IMG/VR virus record: IMGVR_UViG_3300022670_000211
Location: 1 to 62,495 of that record
Reading direction: 5' to 3' (one strand)
Source of the DNA: a virus
DNA: 62,495 bases
Of this stretch, positions 62,352-62,495 are shown one piece after another (the first letter of the stretch is position 1; every line of letters begins with the position of its first letter). The notes beneath the pieces are model-generated. The model was given only the letters and a program-made list of their open reading frames with translations, had not been told where the DNA came from and made no database searches. The translations under genes and the position numbers were made by a program.

Positions 62352-62495
62352 CTAATGCCCATAAAATTTTTTACTCCTTACATTACTTTTTTCATTTCTA
62401 AAACTGTGAAATCCGCGGTTTCGGCTGCTACTATTTCTACCGAGTCAAGTTCATAGCATCGTCCATCGTGCATGTTACGCCCCGATAATGTTTCA
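62352..62495. repeat. Terminal overlap copy B, including a partial second copy of the 27-359 gene at 62378-62495
   Basis: Exact repeat of 1-144; the boundaries fall inside coding sequence. Confidence 0.95.

Overview
The window is an essentially complete tailed dsDNA bacteriophage genome with a podovirus-like layout. The unit length is about 62,351 bp. It is written as a circle opened inside the early region, because bases 1-144 recur exactly at 62352-62495.

Gene blocks:
- A long leftward early operon (4978 down to 27, continuing across the junction to 62290 down to 59707). It is driven by a near-consensus sigma70 promoter at 5015-5043 and is full of small ORFs, including a RadC-like JAB protein, MORN-repeat paralogues, an XRE HTH protein and a secreted Sel1-repeat protein.
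- A 0.7-kb non-coding control region (5044-5737).
- A short rightward unit carrying a terminase-small-subunit-like gene (6000-6722).
- Four leftward ORFs (6820-7965) and a second non-coding control region (7999-8470).
- A long rightward lysis, packaging and virion block (8471-41857). It holds an M15 endolysin, two lipobox proteins, TerL, portal, scaffold, an HK97-fold capsid protein and a tail fibre with an S74 chaperone domain. It also holds a GNAT, a 1137-aa ParB-plus-zincin polyvalent protein and large ejection and tail proteins.
- A leftward replication block (41892-47944) with an HTH-metallophosphoesterase, a family A DNA polymerase and a DUF2800-type PD-(D/E)XK nuclease.
- A rightward replication and accessory block (48088-59582) with VRR-NUC, an SNF2 helicase, a primase-helicase, a dCMP deaminase and many tiny ORFs.

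I found no tRNA, CRISPR array, integrase, transposase or recognisable RNA polymerase.

The most unusual structure that genes do not explain is a five-copy, roughly 47-nt hairpin cassette upstream of early genes, paired with near-identical translation initiation regions. Other notable items are two motif-rich non-coding control regions, an endolysin whose signal peptide needs an AUU start, and a lone antisense holin-like gene inside the late block. The virion module also stands out for its GNAT-plus-polyvalent-protein cluster and for a small terminator-bracketed cassette.

All functional calls rest on motifs I could read in the translations. No database search was possible.
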